64,000 nt of DNA, from NCBI GenBank assembly GCA_963813715.1, contig CAWFAK010000008.1, forward strand, positions 96,001 through 160,000, read 5' to 3'. The notes below the pieces were generated by a model. That model had not been told where the DNA came from, ran no database searches, and worked only from the letters and a program-made list of their open reading frames with translations. The position numbers were made by a program, and so were the translations under genes. The DNA comes from an uncultured Planctomycetaceae bacterium. Lineage in GTDB: Bacteria; Planctomycetota; Planctomycetia; Planctomycetales; Planctomycetaceae. This document shows, piece after piece, positions 18,391-28,131 of this stretch (the stretch's first letter is position 1; every line of letters begins with the position of its first letter).

Positions 18391-19257
18391 TCAGGAAGCA
18401 ACCATCCGTTCGACCAGATCGAGCATTTGTCGGCGCATTTCGTCGGCCGGCAGGTGGACGCGTTGACCGTGGCCGGGCAGCACCCAGTCGAAACGGTAGT
18501 CGGCCAACCGCCGCATCGACTCCGTCTGGCGACGCCAAGAATACCAGCAATAGTCGCGCGATGCCGCCAGCCGCTGGGTGTCGCGGTCGAAATCGAGATG
18601 GTCGCCGGTAAAGAGAAAGCGGTTGCGAAAGAGCAGGCAGCAGTGCCCCGAGGTGTGGCCGGGCGTCGGAATGGCGATGAGTTCAGTCGTCAATTGCGTC
18701 GGCTCGTCCCCATCGAGGACGACCTCCGCACCCGGTTGAGACGACAGCTCAGTGCGATGGATCACCCGCCGGGCAGCGAAGTGGGCCGCATAGCGCTCGG
18801 CGTCGGCCACGTCGTCGCGATGCGTGAGGAAGATGTTCGCGACGCCGCCCCGCTCTGCAAACCGCTTCACGAGTTGCGGCAGAAACTTGGGCGAGTCGAC
18901 GAGCCAGTTGCCGCCCGGATGCTCGATGAAATAGCTATTGCCGCCGAACGATTTGGGCGAGTTGAAGCCGCAATAATAAACGGGCTGCTCGACGAGCAGC
19001 GGAAAATCAGCCATCACCGCCTTGCGGTCGTCGTCGGCCCGGTCGCCGATTGATCCCGTCGGACACGCGAGCAATGCCCGCAGTGCCTGGCGGCGATCGC
19101 CCGCGGCTCCCGGCTGACGATGAACGTACGCGGTGCCGGGCCCCTCGGCGAAGACAGCCGGGGCGAGTTGCCGGCACGTGTCGCAATCGATGCACGTGGT
19201 GTCGACGAAGAAATCGCCGGGCACGTTTTCGCGGACGCTCTTGTGCGGATTGGCCAT
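18391..19257 (-). CDS. Ferredoxin-fused metallo-beta-lactamase-fold hydrolase
   Basis: CIDCDTC...CPTGSIG ferredoxin domain; THRDD, TPGHT.GH, FTGDH and LPGHG motifs. Confidence 0.92.
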   Translation of the reverse strand: MANPHKSVRENVPGDFFVDTTCIDCDTCRQLAPAVFAEGPGTAYVHRQPGAAGDRRQALRALLACPTGSIGDRADDDRKAVMADFPLLVEQPVYYCGFNSPKSFGGNSYFIEHPGGNWLVDSPKFLPQLVKRFAERGGVANIFLTHRDDVADAERYAAHFAARRVIHRTELSSQPGAEVVLDGDEPTQLTTELIAIPTPGHTSGHCCLLFRNRFLFTGDHLDFDRDTQRLAASRDYCWYSWRRQTESMRRLADYRFDWVLPGHGQRVHLPADEMRRQMLDLVERMVAS

Positions 19258-19381
19258 ACGGCAATTGTACGAGGCGGAACGAAAAACGGAGTCATGATCT
19301 GATCGGAGAGCGGCGCAGAACGACTCCCGTCCCATTTAGTCCGCTCACGCTCGCGTCCTAACGGGTGCAACGTCTCACGGC

Positions 19382-21150
19382 CTACGGCGTGTCGGCCGAG
19401 ATCGATTGGAGGAGCCGATCGCACTCGGCGACCGTCAGCCGCCGGGCTGTACGTTCGAGCATTCTCTTCAAGAGTCGTTTGCCTTCGACGCTTGTGGGAA
19501 ACCCCATGTTTCCCAATGGTCCGACGCTCGTGACGAGAACCGCTCCATCGGGCTCGGCGATCGCGAACCAAGGGACGCCGAGGTCTCGGCGCGGGTTGAA
19601 TTTTCCAATCACCTGGCGGGAGTGCTCGTCGCATTGCAGCACCTTCACGACCACGTAATCCTTGGCTAGGAGTGCGTGCTGGTCGTCTAACCAGCGAGCC
19701 AGCCGAAGACAGGGGCCGCAACGCGGACCTCCCTCGACAAACAACAACCTTCGTTGGGTCTCACGAGCCTCCCTCTCGGCGGCAGTCAGGATCGCCTGCG
19801 CATCGCGCACCGGTGGCGCACCTTGCTTGATGAATTCGGCGAGCTGCCGGTGGAGGCCCGCATTGCCCGCGATCATCAGCCTGCTCTCCGCGAGCCTGGT
19901 CCCTGTCCCGTCGACGGCGATGAACGCAATCTCGCCTGTCTTGGGTCGCTCCCACCCCAGCCGAGTGAATAGGGCGCTTTCGGATTGGCTCTCCTTCGCG
20001 CTCACCACGAGCGGCAGCAATCGCAGGATCTCAGGCGGAATCCTCGGAAGTCCATATTTGCTGACCAAAGGTCGTGACGTCCTTCGACGAGTCTCCCAAT
20101 AACAGGACCAGAGGCCGCATGCCGGCCAGATGCGCATCGCGGTTGAGCGACGCGATCCGCTGTTCCAACGGCACGTGTCGACCTTGCGCGAGCGGCAAAT
20201 GGCCCTTCCGGAACCAGGGAGTCACCGTCCCAAGTAAAGCGGTGCCCGTCGCTGTCGATCACGCGGCCAATCGGTAAACCCAGCCCCTCGATTGAAAAGA
20301 CGCTGTCGGGAAGATCTTGATTGAAGGCGGCTTGTTCAACGGTCGCGACTTCTTCGATTTTCAGTTTGCCGGCGTCGATCTTGCGGAAAGTCACCTCGTT
20401 CGGATACCAGATGCCCGGCTGCGGGTAAGATTTGAGCTTTGTGCGAATCGACTGCTCGTACACACGGTCCCCTTCGCCGGATTTCACGGCAATGTAAATG
20501 GGCTGGTGTCCCTCGCCGCTGGCCGTCAGCCAGTACTCGCAAACCGGCTTGTGCTGCCCTCGACCAATGGAATAAGTGACTTTTTCAATTGGCCGACCGC
20601 CTTCGTCGACTCCAGGTTCCATGCGGAGATCCTGGCGATCGGGGCCAAGAAAATACGTCTCAAAGGCGAATTGGTCGATGGACTCAAAAAACCAGGCAAC
20701 CAGCCCAAAACGGCGCGGGTCCGGAATCTCAGACGCCATCGGCGGCTTCGTGTTCGACCCGAACAACTGGACGACCTGGTCGTTTCCGAGGTCGCGGATG
20801 TAGTGGTCGTTGGTCCAGACGATTTTGGACAGAGGTACGGAGGCGCCGCTGGAGGGGTCCAGTCACTCCAGATCCGCGCACCATTTGTCACCTTTAAAGT
20901 ACACCGTGTATCGACGATCAACGCGCGTGGCAGCTGGCGAGCGTGCAAATGTGTTGTCGTGGAGCCTGATCACGACGCGGCCGGAATGAAGGTCTCTTCT
21001 TGATTTGACGATCCTAGCCTCGATCGCCAGAATCCCGGCCTTTGATTGCACCGGCTCCGCACCAAGGAGGCGGACCTCACTTAACGACAGCGTCAGCGAG
21101 AGAACCAGCAACGCGCTCCAGGCACAGTGAGAATAGGTCGTCCCAGGCAT
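19382..21150 (-). pseudogene. Exported multidomain protein with C-terminal thioredoxin-like (CGPC) domain; several frameshifts
   Basis: Signal peptide at 21150. Overlapping fragments 20863-21150, 20526-20948, 20002-20766, 20031-20225 and 19382-20137 join into one product ending CGPC...GVPWFAI...GNMGFP. Confidence 0.55.
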
Positions 21151-21345
21151 GTTACGAACCTTCGTGAGGTTTAATTAAGACCGATCGACGTGTCATGAAG
21201 AGCCCCGCGAATTGGTTGAGCAGTACGGGTACCGACGGCGTGATCCCACCATTGTATGGTGCTAGAACGAAAACGCGCTCGTGATTTGGTCGAGAGAACA
21301 CAGCGAGCGAAGCTAGAGAACGAAAAGATTAACAGGGCAAAAGAG

Positions 21346-21386
21346 CCCTCACCTCGGCCCTTTCCCGGCGGACCGGGAGAGAGAGG
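21346..21386 (+). repeat. CCCTCACC...GGGAGAG palindromic repeat, copy 2
   Basis: CCCTCACCTCGGCCCTTTCCCGGCGGACCGGGAGAGAGAGG just downstream of the phyH-like stop codon. Confidence 0.7.
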
Positions 21387-21394
21387 AAGAGGAA

Positions 21395-22249
21395 TCAATC
21401 CTGGGACGGCCGTGGCGGATTCGCCCAGTGGCCCGAGGGATCTGCTCCGCTGACGATCACGCCCTTCTGGTTCCAATCGAGGCCGGCGCGCACGTCGGCC
21501 GCGCAGTAACGGAGCGTCAGTCCGCAGCGGCGGCGGTCCGAGTCGTTTGCCTCCGAGCCGTGCAAGAGCATGTCGTTGTGGATCGAAATTTCGCCCGCGT
21601 TGAGCTCGACGTCGATCGGCTCGCCGAACTGCTCGGCGTTCTCGACAGTCTGGTTGAGCGTGTTGCGTTCGTCCTCTTCGCTCAGCCGCCAGGTGAGATG
21701 GCCGTGATGATGCGAGCCGGGAATGAATCGCATGCAGGCGTTGCCGCGGTCGGCGTCGTCGATCGCCAGCCAGACGGTCGCAGTCTTGGAGGGGGTCAGC
21801 GGCCAGTAACTCGCATCCTGGTGCCACGAGACGCGCTTGCCGTCGTGAGGCATCTTGCAAAAGAAGTGCGAGCCCCAGGCGACGACGTTCTCGCCCAACA
21901 GGTCGCGGACGCACGCGACGATCCGTGGATTGGTGAGCAGGTCGTACACGCGGCCGTGCTTGAGGTGGGCCGTGCTGATCGAATAGCTCGTGCCTCCCTC
22001 GGCCAGCACGCGAGCCAACAGCTCGTCGAAATAGCGGCGGTTCTCGCGGCTTTCACTGTCGCTGAAGATGCGAACGCCCTTCACATAGCCGTCGCGATTG
22101 AAGGCGTCGATCTGCTCGCGTGAGAGCGTGCGCGGCGCGGAATTGTGCACCGGGTGAAACTTGAGATCGCGCGGTAGGCTCTCGATGGCCGCCTGATCGG
22201 GCACTGCTTGAAAACCGGCGGAATTTCCAGACGCAGGCGAATTTGGCAT
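21395..22249 (-). CDS. Phytanoyl-CoA dioxygenase (PhyH) family Fe(II)/2OG dioxygenase
   Basis: FNRDGYV, WHQD (HxD), TVWLAIDDA, PGSH, LLHGSEAN, RR. Confidence 0.92.
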   Translation of the reverse strand: MPNSPASGNSAGFQAVPDQAAIESLPRDLKFHPVHNSAPRTLSREQIDAFNRDGYVKGVRIFSDSESRENRRYFDELLARVLAEGGTSYSISTAHLKHGRVYDLLTNPRIVACVRDLLGENVVAWGSHFFCKMPHDGKRVSWHQDASYWPLTPSKTATVWLAIDDADRGNACMRFIPGSHHHGHLTWRLSEEDERNTLNQTVENAEQFGEPIDVELNAGEISIHNDMLLHGSEANDSDRRRCGLTLRYCAADVRAGLDWNQKGVIVSGADPSGHWANPPRPSQD

Positions 22250-22344
22250 CGGAGGCTCCTCGAACCGAGCTTAGCGAAGACAGCCCCGATTTCGCCAGAA
22301 TGAACGGGTGCGCCGGTTCGGCGTGCCTCGAAGTCCAGCGGACC

Positions 22345-24024
22345 TCAGTCTTTGGCCGTGGTTGCCAGCGGTTCGAGCCGCCGCTCTTCGGAATCGCGAA
22401 CCACGTCGGCGAGCAAACCGCCACGCTTGGGCAAGCGCACCTCGAACTGCGACCCGGCGTCGGGCCGGCTGGTGACGGTAATCTGTCCGCCGTGCGCCTC
22501 GACGATCGACTTGCAAATCGCCAGTCCGAGCCCAATGCCGCCGTCTTTCCGCGAGCGGGCCTTATCGACGCGGTAAAACCGCTCGAAGATATGTGGCAAG
22601 TGCTCGGAATCGATGCCGATCCCCGTGTCCGAGATGCCGAGGATCACTTCACCCTTGCTCGAGCGGGTCGTAACCACGACACGACCACCGTCGTGGTTGT
22701 AGCGGATCGCGTTAGTCAAGAGGTTGGTGACCACCTGCGTGACGCGATCGGAATCGGCCAGCGCCCCGGCGGACTCGAGGTCGGCGTCGATCGTGATCTG
22801 TCGTTTCTCGGCCAGGGGCCGCAGTTGGGCGACGCAGTCGCCGGCGATTTTCGAGAGATCGAGGGGCCGGCAGTCGAGCTGTAGTTCGCCCGAATCAAAC
22901 CGAGCAAGCGTCAGCAGCGATTCGACGACGGTCTTCATCCGCAGGGCCGAGCGGCGGCAGGTTTCGATCGTCTCCCGCAGCTCGTTGGCCGGGCGCGCCT
23001 TGTCGAGGGCCAGCTCGGCATGCGAAAGAATCACGGCCAGCGGCGTCCGCAATTCGTGCGAGGCATCGGCCGTGAAACGGACCTGCTGGGAAAAGGCCGA
23101 CTCGAGCCGATCGATCATTTGGTTGAGCGTGCGGGCCAGCCCCGTCAGCTCGGTTTCGGTGCCAGAGACGTCGATCCGCCGCGACAGATTCGAGAGTGAG
23201 ATCTCGGCCGCTGTCGCGCTGATCGTGGCGATGGGCTTGATCACGCGCCCTGAGAACCAGAATCCACCAATCAGTCCGGCTGCCAGCACAGCCGCACTGA
23301 TTCCGGCCAACAGCCAGGCCCGCTCGTGCAGCGCGGCGACGTCGCTTTCGATCGAGCGGCCGACGAGCAGGTAGTAGAAGCGGTGCTGATAAATGATTTC
23401 CCGCAGATTGCCCCGTTGCCGCACCATGCGGATGGGAGCGGCGCGCGGTTCGGGATGCATTTCGGGGAGGGGAACATCGGTCGCCGACGTCGACTTGAGC
23501 AGGACATGCCCGTCGCCCAGGAAGGCGACAAAGTAGGCCGTCGTTCCCAGTTCTTCTTCAAAGAAGCCGGGGAAGTCCTCGTTGAGTTCGAAAGCCCGCG
23601 GCCCGCGACGGCCGAAGAATCCCGGTGGGCCCGAAGCCCCAGGCGGTGGGCCCGGCGGCTCACCTTGCGTGACTTGGGAGGGCGGAGCCGGCCTGGTCAC
23701 CCCGTTGGCGGCGGCGTCTTTGCTCTCCGCGTCGGCCTTCTCGCGGCCCTTGTCGCTGGCCCCTTTGCTCGCCGCGTCGTCTCTATTGGCGACATTCGCG
23801 TCCGGGCGGGGGACGTCGATTTGCCGGAACGCTCGGCGTTGCCGGCCGCCGGTGGGGCGGAGCCCGGCTGCGACGACGTCGGACATGCGGTCGAGACCCG
23901 CGTCGATCTGCTGGTAGGTCGTCACCCGCATCTGGTAGAAGACGATCCACCCGAAGACGATGAGCACTGTGGCCAGGATGGCCGCGTGCCACATCTGCAG
24001 AGTCCAGCGGATCGAGCGGAACAT
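22345..24024 (-). CDS. Sensor histidine kinase (2 TM, HAMP, HisKA, HATPase)
   Basis: FTADASHELRTP H-box, NLLTNAIRY, DTGIGI, FERFYR, GIGLGLAI; the extracytoplasmic loop has a Pro/Gly-rich disordered stretch. Confidence 0.95.
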   Translation of the reverse strand: MFRSIRWTLQMWHAAILATVLIVFGWIVFYQMRVTTYQQIDAGLDRMSDVVAAGLRPTGGRQRRAFRQIDVPRPDANVANRDDAASKGASDKGREKADAESKDAAANGVTRPAPPSQVTQGEPPGPPPGASGPPGFFGRRGPRAFELNEDFPGFFEEELGTTAYFVAFLGDGHVLLKSTSATDVPLPEMHPEPRAAPIRMVRQRGNLREIIYQHRFYYLLVGRSIESDVAALHERAWLLAGISAAVLAAGLIGGFWFSGRVIKPIATISATAAEISLSNLSRRIDVSGTETELTGLARTLNQMIDRLESAFSQQVRFTADASHELRTPLAVILSHAELALDKARPANELRETIETCRRSALRMKTVVESLLTLARFDSGELQLDCRPLDLSKIAGDCVAQLRPLAEKRQITIDADLESAGALADSDRVTQVVTNLLTNAIRYNHDGGRVVVTTRSSKGEVILGISDTGIGIDSEHLPHIFERFYRVDKARSRKDGGIGLGLAICKSIVEAHGGQITVTSRPDAGSQFEVRLPKRGGLLADVVRDSEERRLEPLATTAKD

Positions 24025-24096
24025 GGTAGCGCTTCCAGCTCCTGCAAATCCGTGCCACCGTGCCGCCCAGCGGCACGGACCTCAAATCCGGCGACG

Positions 24097-24750
24097 TTAA
24101 ATTCGAACCAGGTATCCGTGGCCGCGACGCGTGGTGATGAACTCCCGGCCCAGTTTCTTGCGGACGTTCGAGACGTGGACTTCGACCAGGTTCGACAGGC
24201 TGTCGTCGTCCTCGCCGTAGAGATGTTCGTAAATCATCGTGCGTGTGACCAGTCGGCCGGCATGCAACGCCAGCAGCTCAACTAAAGCATACTCCCGCGC
24301 AGTGAGTTCGACTTCAATTCCATTGCGGGTGACCGAGCGGGAGCGGGTGTCGATCACCACGCCTTTGACGTCGATCACCGGGTGCGACTTGCCCGCCGCC
24401 CGCCGGATCAGGGCCCGCAAACGGGCCCGCAGCTCGGTCAACTCGAACGGCTTGACCAGGTAGTCGTCCGCACCGCCGTCCAGCCCCCGCACCCGATCGT
24501 TGACCCGATCTTTGGCGGTCAAAATCAGGACGGGGACCGTCTTCGAGCGCCTCAGCCGTTCGAGCAGGCTCCAGCCATCGAGCTTGGGGAGCATGATATC
24601 CAGCACGATGGCGTCATAGTCCCAACTCGTGGCTTTGAACAATCCTTCGTCGCCATCTTCGGCCGTGTCGACCGCGTATCCTTCCTCTCGCAGCGTGCAG
24701 GCAATGACAAACAGCAAGTCCGGGTCATCTTCGACGACCAGAATTCTCAT
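24097..24750 (-). CDS. OmpR/PhoB-family response regulator
   Basis: MRILVVEDD, LDIMLP, GADDYLVKPF, LTAREY, VEVHVSNVRKKL, TRRGHGY. Confidence 0.96.
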   Translation of the reverse strand: MRILVVEDDPDLLFVIACTLREEGYAVDTAEDGDEGLFKATSWDYDAIVLDIMLPKLDGWSLLERLRRSKTVPVLILTAKDRVNDRVRGLDGGADDYLVKPFELTELRARLRALIRRAAGKSHPVIDVKGVVIDTRSRSVTRNGIEVELTAREYALVELLALHAGRLVTRTMIYEHLYGEDDDSLSNLVEVHVSNVRKKLGREFITTRRGHGYLVRI

Positions 24751-24913
24751 GACGCAATCGATCCCTGCGTGCCAACCGGATTCCCCGCCGCGAAGCGGAG
24801 ATTTTGGCCTGGCCCGCCCTGTTCATCGTGACAAGTACGGCAGCCCGGCCGCAAGGGGAAAGCGGCCGGGCTGCGCGAAAGGATCGGTCCGTCAACGACG
24901 CTTCGGAGCAATG

Positions 24914-26935
24914 TCAGCGGCGTGCCGCGAACAAAGCCGCCTTCACGTCTCGTGACGTCGTCGACGTCCCGATCTTGGATCCTGGATTTTTTGTCACGGG
25001 CCCCAACGGAGGACCCGCGTCAACTTTGGAAACTCCTGCTGGCTTCTTAACGGGAGGACTAATCGGTGCGTTCTGGGCCGCCTGCGGCGCTGCCGGAATG
25101 GCCGGCTTCACCGGGGCGGCGGGCGTCGCCGGAGCGATGGGCTTCACTGGTGACGTTTGCGGCGAAGTCTGAGCGGTGGCCGACGGAGTACCGGCAACCG
25201 GCTTGACCTCGGCCTTTTTGGGTTCCGCAGCACCGGCGGCAGGCTTCGCATCCTTCGGCTTCGCTTGCTCCTTCTTGCCTGCCTTGGTCTTGGCGTTCGC
25301 GTGCGGCTTGTGCCGATGTCCGGCCGCTCCTTCCGCACGCATCGTCGCGATTCGCTGCTTGGCGAACGCTTTCACCTCGTCCTTGGTAACCGACTGAGCG
25401 TCGGGCTTGGCGAAGCGCTTCCAGAAGAAGTTCGCCACTTCGTCTTTGGTCAACTTGCCGTCTTTGTTGGCGTCGGCCGCGGCGAAGAACGCATCGAGAT
25501 GCGCTCCGGCCCGACGTTGGGCAATCCGCGCCCAACCGCCCCGGCCACCGCGACCGTGCCCGCGAAGTCCGTGTCCCCGACGTCCCTGTCCGCGACGGCC
25601 GTGATGACCTTGGTGAGCGGCAAGGGCACGTCCGCCCCGACGACCGCGATGAGCAAAGCCTTGATGACCGGCAAAACCGTGGCGACCGCGAGCGTGACGG
25701 GCGAACGCGTGGTTCCCGAAGCCGCGATACCCACGTCCCGCGAAACCGTGGCGTGAAAAACCGTGTCCCGCAAAGCCGCGTCCGGCGAATCCGTGATGCG
25801 CGAAGCCGCGTCGACCGAATCCCTCATGCCCGTGCATTGAGTGCCGCGCGAAGCCCCAGCTATGTCCACCTCGGCCGAAGCGTTGATGTCCGGCGAAACC
25901 GTGACCGCGACCGCCGCGGTGGCTGTGCCGTCCCGGACCGTGGCTGGCCCAGGCATGACGTTCTCCGCCGCGTGCCCAGCCGCGAACGTGGCCCTGGCTG
26001 GCCCAACCGTGGCCGCCCCGACCGCGTCCCGTCCAACTGCGTCCGCCGCGACGGTGTTGGCCAGACCCGCGATGCTTTGCGTAGCTCGCAAATTCAAAAC
26101 GCTCGTGGCCGGCAAAACGCTCGCCGCTCCAGCCCTGTTCCGGACCGCGACCTTCGCGACCGAACCTCGCCTCGCCGAAGCGACCCTCGGCAAACCCGCC
26201 GCGACCGAAACGCTCGCCTCCAAAGCGACCTTCTCCAAAACGATGCTCACCGCGCTCGCGCCGGGCAAACTCGGGACCGTCGCCCGGGCCTCGGGATTCT
26301 GACCTTGGTCCGCGTGCCCATGCCGGTCCGCCGGGGCCTCGTCCGTGCCGAGGTCCTGCTCCCGGACCACCGGGTCCGCGCCCTTCCGGACTGTGCCCTT
26401 CCAGACCGTGACCATCTGATCCGCGACGTCCCGGACCTTCCCAAGCGGCTTCGCGATCCGGACCGCGCTCTGGACCGCGCTCGTCGTCCGCCATCATGCG
26501 GCCTTCGCCCCGCATTTCGCGGCGATCATCACCCTCGCGCCACGTGGCCCGGCGTCCGGACCGCTCCTCGGCCGCGTTCCGCCATTCGGGTCGCGCGTCG
26601 CGCTCGTCGAAATCGCGGCGCTGACTCATCCGTTCTTGATTCCGATCTTCATTCCGGCCGTCTTCATTCCAACCGACTTGGCGTTCGTCATTCCGCTCGT
26701 CGTCGCGCCGACCGAACCGTGCCGCCCGGTCCCGTTCGCGAACTGGTCCGTCATCCGCCGCACGCATGCTGCGGCGACTGTGAGCGAGGCCTTCGTCGGA
26801 TCGACGATCGGAGGAGTCCGCATCGTCGGCTCGCGCCACGCTCACCGGGTTCACGCGCCACTCCCGCTGAGTGACGAATTGCAGCGCCGCCGCTGTCGCA
26901 ATTCCTCCCAAAAACACCAACGCGTTATTGCGCAT
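24914..26935 (-). CDS. Exported low-complexity Gly/Arg/His-rich protein with EF-hand
   Basis: RBS GAGGAAG, signal-like N-terminus, GRFG and RGFAGH repeats, EF-hand loop DANKDGKLTKDE (25439-25474), Lys/Ala/Pro tail; 673 codons with no stop. Confidence 0.72.
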   Translation of the reverse strand: MRNNALVFLGGIATAAALQFVTQREWRVNPVSVARADDADSSDRRSDEGLAHSRRSMRAADDGPVRERDRAARFGRRDDERNDERQVGWNEDGRNEDRNQERMSQRRDFDERDARPEWRNAAEERSGRRATWREGDDRREMRGEGRMMADDERGPERGPDREAAWEGPGRRGSDGHGLEGHSPEGRGPGGPGAGPRHGRGPGGPAWARGPRSESRGPGDGPEFARRERGEHRFGEGRFGGERFGRGGFAEGRFGEARFGREGRGPEQGWSGERFAGHERFEFASYAKHRGSGQHRRGGRSWTGRGRGGHGWASQGHVRGWARGGERHAWASHGPGRHSHRGGRGHGFAGHQRFGRGGHSWGFARHSMHGHEGFGRRGFAHHGFAGRGFAGHGFSRHGFAGRGYRGFGNHAFARHARGRHGFAGHQGFAHRGRRGGRALAAHQGHHGRRGQGRRGHGLRGHGRGGRGGWARIAQRRAGAHLDAFFAAADANKDGKLTKDEVANFFWKRFAKPDAQSVTKDEVKAFAKQRIATMRAEGAAGHRHKPHANAKTKAGKKEQAKPKDAKPAAGAAEPKKAEVKPVAGTPSATAQTSPQTSPVKPIAPATPAAPVKPAIPAAPQAAQNAPISPPVKKPAGVSKVDAGPPLGPVTKNPGSKIGTSTTSRDVKAALFAARR

Positions 26936-27053
26936 CGAACTTCCTCAAACCTTCGAATGCAGGCCGATTCTCCGAATCGACGCGGTCACCGACCTTCGCA
27001 ACCAGTCCCGCACCCGCGCCCTAAGGACGTTAATCGTCCGCGGTTGAAGGCTA

Positions 27054-27086
27054 ACAATAAGGGAGGAACCTTAACTGAAGATGAAG
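27054..27086 (-). promoter_or_regulatory. PmrA/QseB-like direct repeat plus -10 element
   Basis: Minus strand CTTCAT-CTTCA-GTTAAG (27086-27070), then TATTGT (27059-27054) 10 nt downstream, upstream of the EF-hand/RR/HK unit. Confidence 0.55.
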
Positions 27087-27460
27087 CGCCGTATGGCTTT
27101 TGGGATTTTCTGCACACCTGGCCAGCGAAGCTGAAGGACCCATAAAGGACGAAGGAAATGGGCCACGGTGATCCGGGGCTGCTCACGATCCGTTCGCAGC
27201 GGGGAGGGGCCGGTGGCCGCATGTCAATCGGCAGTCGATTGCCGGCCGCCGGACGGATGGTCGGCCGCGCGATCGGGTTACAACCACGGAGTGCCGCGCG
27301 AAGGCTTGATTTTTCGCGAGCGAAACGTGAGCCTCAGTGCACTTCGCGCGGAGTTTCGTGGTTCGCGTTCACGAAAATCGCCATGCCTATAATTAACTAA
27401 CGTACAGCAACATGAGGTCGACGAATCAGCGCCCACAACTGGATCAGCCACCGGACCAGC

Positions 27461-28033
27461 ATGAGCACTCGCGCACCGTCGGCCCCGCGGCGACGGCGAA
27501 GTCCGCTCCATTCGGTGCGATGGGCCTGTTTTTCGCTCTGTCTCGTGGCGGCCAGCGCGGCGCCCGCTTGGGCGGTCGTCCCCGAAGTGCAGGATGGAGG
27601 CGGCTTCTTCAAGCCGGAGACGATCGCCAAGGTCAATGACATCCTGGCCACCATCGGCGAGAAGCATCACAAGGATCTGCTGATCGAAACCTACGAGACG
27701 GTCCCGGCCGACAAGGTGGAGGCCGTCAAAGCGATGGACAAGGAAGCGCGGTCCAAGTTCTTTCAGGAGTGGGCAAACAGCCGGGCGCGTCGCCGCCGCG
27801 TCGAGGGGATTTACGTGCTCGTCTCAAAGACTCCGCCCCACCTGCAGATCGAAGTCGGCAAACAAACCGAGAAAAAGGCGTTCACGGTCGAAGATCGAAG
27901 CAAGCTGCGCGAAATCCTGATTAGTGCATTCGGAAAGAAGGAATACGATCGCGGGCTGCTCGAAGCCGCGCAATTCGTCGCCAAAGCCTTCGACGACAAT
28001 CTGGGTTCCTCGAAGGCCGAGTCGAAGAAGTAA
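27461..28033 (+). CDS. TPM-domain protein, soluble and exported
   Basis: Signal peptide (AWA), VQDGGGFF, DLLIET, GIYVLVSK, LQIEVG, F.KKEYD.GL. Confidence 0.85.
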   Translation: MSTRAPSAPRRRRSPLHSVRWACFSLCLVAASAAPAWAVVPEVQDGGGFFKPETIAKVNDILATIGEKHHKDLLIETYETVPADKVEAVKAMDKEARSKFFQEWANSRARRRRVEGIYVLVSKTPPHLQIEVGKQTEKKAFTVEDRSKLREILISAFGKKEYDRGLLEAAQFVAKAFDDNLGSSKAESKK

Positions 28034-28131
28034 ACTCAAACGCCCCGCGCGGGACCGTCGCTCACTACAAAACAAGCGCTCACCGAGAAACGAAAAGGAA
28101 TCGCCGGCCCCCGCGGACGAAAGTGACTCGC

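Noticed and set aside
27388..27393. TATAAT upstream of the TPM genes
   Set aside because: Plausible -10 element, but no properly spaced -35 or extended -10, so not called as a promoter.
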